Source: an uncultured virus (IMG/VR IMGVR_UViG_3300044701_002172) (Duplodnaviria; Heunggongvirae; Uroviricota; Caudoviricetes). Taken from it: a DNA stretch of 64,000 nt. The position numbers were made by a program, and so were the translations under genes. The notes under the pieces are model-generated. The model saw nothing but the letters and a program-made list of their open reading frames with translations. It ran no database searches and had not been told where the DNA came from. Location of the stretch: positions 62,001 to 126,000 of the IMG/VR virus record IMGVR_UViG_3300044701_002172; one strand, given 5' to 3'. Below, in pieces: positions 1 to 9,000 of this stretch. Positions within the stretch are counted from its first letter, which is position 1, and each line of letters starts with the position of its first letter.

Positions 1-3000
1 TAATCTTCTGTCAGATGAAGCAAACGCTGTAATATCACCTGTACAAGACAAATCACCTGTATTGCTAATCCAAGCTACGTCAGAACTACCTCTACGGAAT
101 CTTACAACTTCAGTTGAACTTGCTCCAGCATTAATATACCATCTGTTTGAATGGTACTCAAGCTTACCTTCGCTAGCACCAGCATCGCCAGTCCAAGTAG
201 CAACGTTATCTTGACGGAAAGAGCTAGCTCCTCCTAGACGAAGAACACTGTTAGTTCCGCTAGTAAATGTGAATTGAGCACTACCAGCAAGAGCACCATT
301 GTTATTATATTGAACCTGAGTATTAGATCCACCAATATCAAATGTTGCCCATTCAATACCAGAAGCAGTTGATTTAATAAATTTACCAGCTCCACTATTA
401 GCTAAGAAAATAGTTGCTCCGTCTCCAGATTGATAAGGAACACTGCCAGCAGCACCGCCAGCAAGATTAGTGGCGGTTGTTGCTGTTGTAGCGTTACCAC
501 TCAAGGCAGCAGTAATAGTACCAGCAGAGAAGTTACCCGAAGCATCTCTGGCAACAAGATTTGTATTACCAGAGGTTGAAGCAGTAACATTAATTGTTCT
601 TGCTGTGCCACCATTAAATGTAGTGCCAGCGTCATAAGTTAGATATGTTCCAAGTGATAAAGCAGCAGCAGTTGAAGCAGTGATTGTAATGTTAGCACTG
701 CCATTAAAGGATACTCCGTTTATTGTTCTGGCAGTTTGTAGTGTCGTGGCAGTAGAAGCGTTACCACTTAAGGTGGCAGTGATAGTACCAGCAGCAAAGT
801 TGCCAGAACCATCTCTCTTAACCAGCGTGTTATTCGTATTTAATGAAGAAACTGGGTTATTGCCTGTGTGTAAAATAGTGTACTTAGTTGAAGTACCAAC
901 GGACCATCCACCCCAGAATAAATCGTTAGTAGCACCATCAAGACCAAAGTAACCAGCGTAATCTCCAGATACGTGGAACGTTAAGAAAGCATCTCTTCCA
1001 GCAGTATCATTGAAAATAGTTAATGTTTTATTACCAGAACCAGAACCTTGATCACCAGAAGTAGTGTTAATAAGTACTTGATTGCCAGCCAAGAAAGTTA
1101 AACTTCCTGACATAGTATCACCAGACTTCAATACGTTTAGAGAAGCAGCTCCAGTCAAGGAAGCGGTAATTGTCCCAGCAGCAAAGTTACCAGAACCATC
1201 TCTTTGAACAGCAGTGCTAGCATTGTTTAATGAGGAGAACGTAATATTACCAGCATTCCAAATTACGTTGCTGTTTAATGTAAGAGCATTAGCGTTTCCT
1301 GCTAAAATATTTAATGATCCACTACCATTGGCTGAGTTTCCGCCAGAAACAGCAAGACGTACATTATAAAGACCAGCAGGAGAACTACTAGATCTAAAAT
1401 CAATTACTGGAACAGAAGCAGTTCCATCAGTTCTTCCAAGTGATAATCTAGCAGTGCCAGAAACAGATTCTAGTTTAGCAACATCAAATGTTCCAGCAAA
1501 ATCACTGATATTGTAATCATTAATAATTTCATTTGTTTGTGTATTACCAATTCGGAAAGCAGCAGCAATATTACCAGATAATAATCTACCAGTTAAGATA
1601 GTATAATCTAGAGTGTCATCAATATTATTTGAAGTTGATACATTAAGAAGTTCAAAATCACCAACTTTAATACCAATCGAATCAAATAAATCAATCGTTA
1701 ATCCAGATACAAATGGTGCTTCCGAAAGAATCTTACCAGAAATATAAACATCAAAGAATGTTTGAGCAACATAAGATTTTACAGTTAATGAATTATCAAC
1801 TGATGTAGATCCCAAGAAAGAAGAAATGTGGGAAGGACCAATGATACCAGAATTAATATTATAAGCATTTTGATAGAAAGTACCTTGTCTGCCATCAAGT
1901 AGGTCGGCATCCATTCCAGTGCCAACACCATCATTAATAGAAGTCCAAACTTTAGCCCAGGTGCTGAATGAAGCAACACCAGAACCAGAACCACGAATCC
2001 ATAGGTTATTGTTATCAGTGAAAGCTAATTGCCTTACGCCACCACCAGAGGCATCAGAACCAGTACCAAATTGACGGAATGTAATTACACCGTGTCTTGT
2101 ACCACCATCGGCAAGACCGTCAGCAGTATTGTTTCTCGTATCAGCAATAACACCTTCATTGAAAGTTGATGGAGATGGCGATGAAGATGGGTTATTAACG
2201 CTTGTTGTTAATCTGAGAGTATTAGCTGATTGACCAGAGATATCAATGCCATACAAACCACTACCTAGTTTATCTGGGCTAATAGAAAGATTAACTAAAT
2301 TCTGACCATCTCTATAATATAAACCTTGTTGACCATCGAGTAAGTCGGCATCAAGACCAGAACCAGTACCAGTTTTAAGTTCTACTGAACCATCACCTGA
2401 ATCTCCAATGTTAAATTGTGACTTTTTAAACCTAGCAACGCCAGTGTTGCCATATTCATTAGCTTCAAGAGTTTTAGCATCAACACGCTTAATGTCGATA
2501 CCAACATTAGCAAAGTTTTTAACACTTGTATTTGTTTTTGCTTCAAGAACAGCATTAGCACCCAAACCAATTTGAACTGGCATTTGAGTGATAGAGAAAT
2601 CTGATGAATAAGCACTACCTCCACTAGTTACTAGTACAGTTGTGATGCTACCACCTTCAATGGTAAAGTTAGCTTTTAAACCACTTCCTGTACCACCAGA
2701 AACTGCTAGATCAAAATATTGTCCATCAGTAAATCCAGTACCACCAGAAGCGACTAAAATTTTATCTACAAAATTACTTAAAGTAAGTGTAGCATCTAGT
2801 AGAACAGGAGATTCTGGTCTACTAAATTCAATAATGGTATTTTGTGTAATAAGTTGGGTTACTGATGTTGAAAGAGTAACAGTAGTAAATGAAACGTTAT
2901 TAACTACTGTTACAAATGTATTTGCTACAGTAGTTCCTGTTGGAACACCTGGAGCTATTACCAAATGACCAATTAAAATTTGGTTATTTAATTTAAATTG

Positions 3001-6000
3001 TAATGTATTTTGATTTGCTGCTGTTTGATCAGTAGTAAAATCAAAATATCTTTCTTCTGCTGGTTTGATTGATTGTACTGCTAAAGCATAAGAAGAGTCA
3101 CCTCTCAAGAATGAGAAGGAGTTAGCTTCTCCAGCATTACCAGCAAGTCTGGAAGATGAAATAATACCAGAAGTAATATCTTGTGCTGAAATTGAAGAAG
3201 TGGAAAGTGATACCCAGTTACTTGGATTAGATCCAGAAGTATTAACTGTTCTTATTACAGGTACAGTAACTGGAGAAACGTTAGTAGATTGAATTGTGTC
3301 AGTATCAGCAATCTTGATGTTGTTTACAATATCAATATAAACTCTAGATTCAATTAAACCATTTGCTTCTGCTTGTACACCGCCCACTCCAGGGGCAGAG
3401 AACGAAATTGATGGAGGTGAAGTATAACCAAATCCGCCTTTGTAACCATTATAATCTACGATAGTTACTGTAACTACTCTTCCATTAACGACAGTACACG
3501 AAGCTTGGGCTGATACTCCTCCTGGTTGATCTGGAGCACTAATAGAAACTGAAGGAGGATTTAAATCGTCATAACCATTACCTTGGTTAGAAATACTAAT
3601 TCTATAAAGAACACCTTGACGATATTCTGTAACTTCTCCTTGGCCAGTAGAAAGGCTGCCAGTAATAAACGCCCCAGTAGCAAACTCTAAGTCAGTATTT
3701 ACTGAAATACCAATAAACTGACTTTCTAAATCATTATTTAAAATATATGATGTGGTTGTTCCAAGTTCAATAGCAATGTCACCAGCAAGTGGACCTTCTA
3801 AAGCAAGTCTTTCTGCTGTAGTTTGAATCGTAAATACGTTGAATGGTCTTAGAGCTGGAATTTGATCTAGAGAAATCTTACCAGAATCAGTAAGTTCTAC
3901 AAGGTTTCTTGGAACGGCGTTGGTTGAATATGGTTTGTTGAGGTATTGACCTAGGTTATTTGAAATGTAATCTTTAACAGCTTTCTGTGTTGGAATTTTA
4001 CTATCAGAAGAGAAATTACCACCAAGAGTGTTAGAAGCATCGAAACCAGTAACAACAACGTCACCTCCTTTTAGCTTAAGAAACTCAACTTCCGAGATCG
4101 AAACCGTACCAGTGAAGGTAATGTTACCAGTTCTGTTCTCAATCTTAGCAAAGTAACCTACTTTAAAGTCACCAAGTTCATCCGTACCAGAAGTATAAAC
4201 ACGACCGTAAGCTTGAGATACTTGCTCAAATGCTTCATTTTTAACGCCACCATTTTCTGGGAGTGCTCTATAGTCGTTACCAGCACCAGCATATTCCCAA
4301 GTGTGGGAAGATGAGTTAACAATTGATGGTCTGTGTAAACGAATTTGCTTGCCAACTAGTTCAGCATTACCAACTGTAATTGCTTGACCATTACTCTTTC
4401 TTTGGAGAAGCATTGCTTCATTAATATCAATAGTCGAAGTAAATGGAGGACCAACAGTAGTTAATCTTACGTTATCAACAAAATATTCAATATCAGAATC
4501 TTGGTTTTCGTAATCAGCAAATTTAACAATATAGTGCTCAAGAGGTTCTCTTCCGAGACCACCAACAGTAAATACAGTTCTACCTGTAGCAGTTGTAGTT
4601 ACATTAGTAATTGTACCAATATCAAATGCGTATGGATCTTTTCTGAATCCTCTAGCTCTTAGAGCATATGTACCAAAGTTGGTAGCTGAGTTTGTAACAG
4701 AAGCATAACCACCAGTATCAGCATAGATTCCATCCTGAGCAAATAGAACGAATACAGAAACTAACTGAACATATCCATCATTTACAATTCTATAACCAGT
4801 ACCACCGAAGGAAATAATGGTAAACTGAGCAGCAACCATCGACTTACCCTGATTTGGGAAAGTAGCTTTTGGATCAGCATTTCCAATTGGTGGATTTAGA
4901 CCTGGACGTGGGCAGTTTGGTTGACGTATTTTATCTCCGTCAATTTCACAACCACCACCACCAAGGAATGAAATTACAGAGGCGTTTTGAATATATGGAG
5001 ATGCCTCAATGAATGGAAGATCCAAGTAAATAGAATCTACGTTAACTCTCTTATTGTCAGCATCATAGATTGTATTTTCTGGGAATACAACTGTTGGTTC
5101 AAATAAAGTACCGAAACTCTTTTCTACTACGCTACCATTAGCAAGAATATCATCTAAAATGCTAAACGCTGTTGTAATAGTAGTAGCAACGTTAGCACAT
5201 GTTGGAGTATTTGTATCAACAATTGTAGTTGAATCAATGAATTGAGGAGCCGTAGCAAATTCTGGAATATAAACAACGCCAGTGCCATCGCCAGTCTTCC
5301 AATTTCTCATAGCAAGGATTGCTAAATCTCTTGCTTTAGTAAATGCTTGTCTAGTTGGTAGTAGTTCACTTTGTGGAATACCAGTTAAGGCATTTCCAGT
5401 GTAATAAGATTCTCCTGAAGTAACAATACCAGCATTACCACCAAGAATTAAATCTCTTCTGAGAGCACCCAGAATAAATCCAATATCTCTACGGCACTTA
5501 ATAGTGGTAGTAGTTAAGAAATCTCCTTCATTAATAGCAGGAAGTGAAGTTAAATTACCAGCAGCAATAGCAGTTGTAGCAATAGCAATAAGAGTACCAA
5601 TGCTATTACGTACATCAATACATGAATCTGGATTATTGTTATTGTTTAGTTCTCCTTCTACCCCATAACCAAATACAGTTGGAAGATATCCAGGATTTGG
5701 ATCACCTGTAATTGTTAAATCTCTTTCATTTAGCTGATTGGTTACAGCTAATCTCATTACATCTCTTGCTTTGTTGAAGGCAGTGATTGACTGTGAAGTT
5801 TCTCCTACCAATCCATTTGAAAGAGGAATTGTATTAGTTAAGAAATATCTCTTGGTTGCTCTAATAGTATTCTTGTTGCCACCATCATATAAGTCAGAAG
5901 CAACAGCGTCAACGATATAACCAATGTCTCTACGGCACTTGCTTTCGCTAGCAAAATAAGTAGTAGCAGTCTCAGCAGGTAGACCAGTTAGATTACCAGC

Positions 6001-9000
6001 ACTAATTCTATCTGTGATGAGTGTAGTAAAGTTAGTAATTGCTGTCTGAACATCTGAGCAAGCAGCAGGATCTGTATTAGCTACATTTCCACCGCCACCA
6101 CCGTAGGTAGCAGGACCAGTGCTGACTGTAAGATCCTTATAGTATAAACCGTTATAAACGGCAAGCTTCATCATGTCTCTTGCTTTATTGAAAGCAACTA
6201 CAGACTGTGCTTCTTCTCCTAATAAACCGTCAGAAATTGGTGATCCGCTATTAAAATATTGAAGAACAAAATTTCTCGAATACTTGTTGCTTCCAGAGAA
6301 AAGATCTAGAGCAATAGCATCAACAAAGTATCCAATATCTCTACGGCACTTGAGATTACCACTTGCTTTTCTCACAGCAGGAAGACCTGATGTATTGCCA
6401 GTTTGAAGTGTAGTTGTGAGAATAGAGACAAGGTTGCTAACAGCAGTTCTAACGTTAGCACATGAAGATTCGCTAATGTTAGATAGTGTATCTGGATCTG
6501 CTGTAATAGTTGTATCCTTAACATATAGCTGATTTGTTAAGGCTTTGTTCATCCAATCTCTTGCTTTGTTGAAGGCAACAATAGACTGTGATACTTCACC
6601 ATCCAATCCATTTGTTAATAGAGTGGTAGCATTTTCAAAATATCTGAGGGTATAATCAATAATTCTTGAGTTACCGCCTGTTTGAATATCATAGGCAACA
6701 GCATCTACGATGTAACCGATATCTCTACGACACTTAGCTTCTCCAGCAGGAGTTACGCTAGCACCTGTAGTAGTTGGTGGAAGAACATTAGCACCATTAA
6801 TATTGCCAGCAAGTAATCTTGTTTGAGCAATAGTTGCTAGTGTTTCTACGGCAGTTTGTACATCAATACAAGCAGCGGCATTTCCTGATTCTAGAACAGC
6901 AATATCTGGACCTGGAACACCATAAGAAGCAGGACCAGCAGTTATAGTAAGATCCTTTATATAAAGCTGATTACTTACAGCTTTCTTCATCATTTCTACT
7001 GCCATAGTAAAAGCAGTATCAGCTTCTGATTCTTCTCCAGATAATCCGTTGGCAATTTTAATACCAGTTTCTGGATCAAAGTATAATTTAGTAAATCCTA
7101 AAGTAAATTGGTTGCCACCATCATAAATGTCTAGAGCAATAGCATCAACAAAGTAACCAATATCACGCTTACACTTAGCTTCGCCAGCAGTTACGAAAGA
7201 ATCTCCAGTAGTTGGTGTTGGTAGAGCATTAGCGCCATTAATATTACCAGCAGTAATTCTGTCGGTGATTAATGTGGTGAGTGTTTGTAGTGCTGATTGA
7301 ACGTCAGAACAAGCTGTTGGGTCGGTATTAGAAACTGATCCGCCACCACCACCATAATTAGTAGGACCAGCAGTTACACTAAGATCTATGTAAGCTAACT
7401 GATTAGTTACAGCTAAAGCACACTGCTCTCTCGCTTCATTAAAAGCAAATACTGATTGAGCAGTTTCTCCTACTAAACCATTAGAAATAGCTAAACCACT
7501 TCCATCAAAATAAAGTTTTGTGAAAGCAATTGAATACTGGTTTCCTCCAGTTGCCATGTCAAGAGAAATGGCGTCAACAAAGTAACCAATATCACGCTTA
7601 CATCTAGCGTCGTCATTACCAGGCACAGTAAATCCTGGGTATTGTGTTTGCATTGAAGCAAAAGCATTATCAATAATTAATGTTCTGTTCTTCTGAATTA
7701 AACGATAACCATCTTTAAATCTAGATCTAGCGTTAGTTTGAGCATCACCAGGATAGTAAAAATCTGGATAATCTACAGCAATTTGTGCTGCTGCTCTATC
7801 AATAATTTCTTGACGATTCTGTTGAATTAATCTGTAACCATCCTTAAATCTTGATCTAGCAGTAGTTTGAGGATCATTTGGATAGTAGAAATCAGGGAAT
7901 TGAATAGCAATCTCAGCAGCAGCTCTTACCTTAATTTCTTCTTTGTTTGCTTTGATTAAATTGGCAGCATCATAGTATCTGCTCTGGTAATCTCTGTTTA
8001 TATTTGGAAGACCAATTAGGTTTCCAGCAGTTAATCTTGTAGTAATAATTGCTGTTAGGTTAGCAATGTATGTTTGTACATCAGAACAAGCAGTTGGATC
8101 TGTGTTAGGTACTGTAGTGCCACCAGAAGCATAGATAGCAGAACCAGCAGTTACACTCGTATCAGTTACACCAAGCTGGTTAGCAACTGCTTTCTTCATC
8201 TCATCTCTTGCTGAATTAAAAGCAAGAACAGATTGTGGAATTTCACCAGCTAATCCATTAGTAGTCAAACTACCAGCATTATCAAAATATTGCTTTAAGA
8301 AAGCAATAGAATTTGAATTGCCTCCTAAGAATACATCAAGAGATACAGCATCAATAAAGTAGCCAATATCACGCTTACACTTAGTACCATCTGGATCGGC
8401 AGGAATAGAGCCACCAGAAGAAGTATAAGCAGTGTCAATGATAGCAGTTTTATTTTGCTGAATTAAACGATAAGCATCAGCATAACGGGAACGCTCGTTA
8501 GTTTGTAGATCACCTGGATAATAGAAATCTGGATATTGTACAGCAATTTCAGCAGCAGCTGTATCAACAATAGTTTCCTTATTCTTTTGAATTAAACGAT
8601 AAGCATCATTGTATCTGCTTTGAGCATTAGTCTGAGTATCACCAGGATAGTAAAAATCTGGATGCTCAACGGCAACTTCTGCTAAAGCACGGTCAAGAAT
8701 TTCTTCTCTGTTAGCTTTAATTAGATTTGTAGAATCCTTGTATCTGGCAGCAGAAGCATTAGGACTGATAAAAAGTTCTGGATAAGCGTCTTCAATGTAT
8801 CGTGAAGTTTCTTGCTTAATAAACTCTTGGTTTCTAGCAATTAAATAGCTAGCTTCTACAAATCTATCTGTTTGGTTATTGGAAATAATAGCAATGAAGA
8901 GATTTGCTAAGTTATTAATAGCAGCTTCTACGTTAGCACAATAAGGCCAAACAGAATCAATTGTTACATCTGGATCGAAGTATCTAGAAATATTAGAAAA

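Noticed and set aside
680..7673. Short track ORFs (680+, 1785-, 2382-, 2642+, 4158-, 5738+, 7491-)
   Set aside because: All lie inside the giant fibre gene as antisense or off-frame shadows
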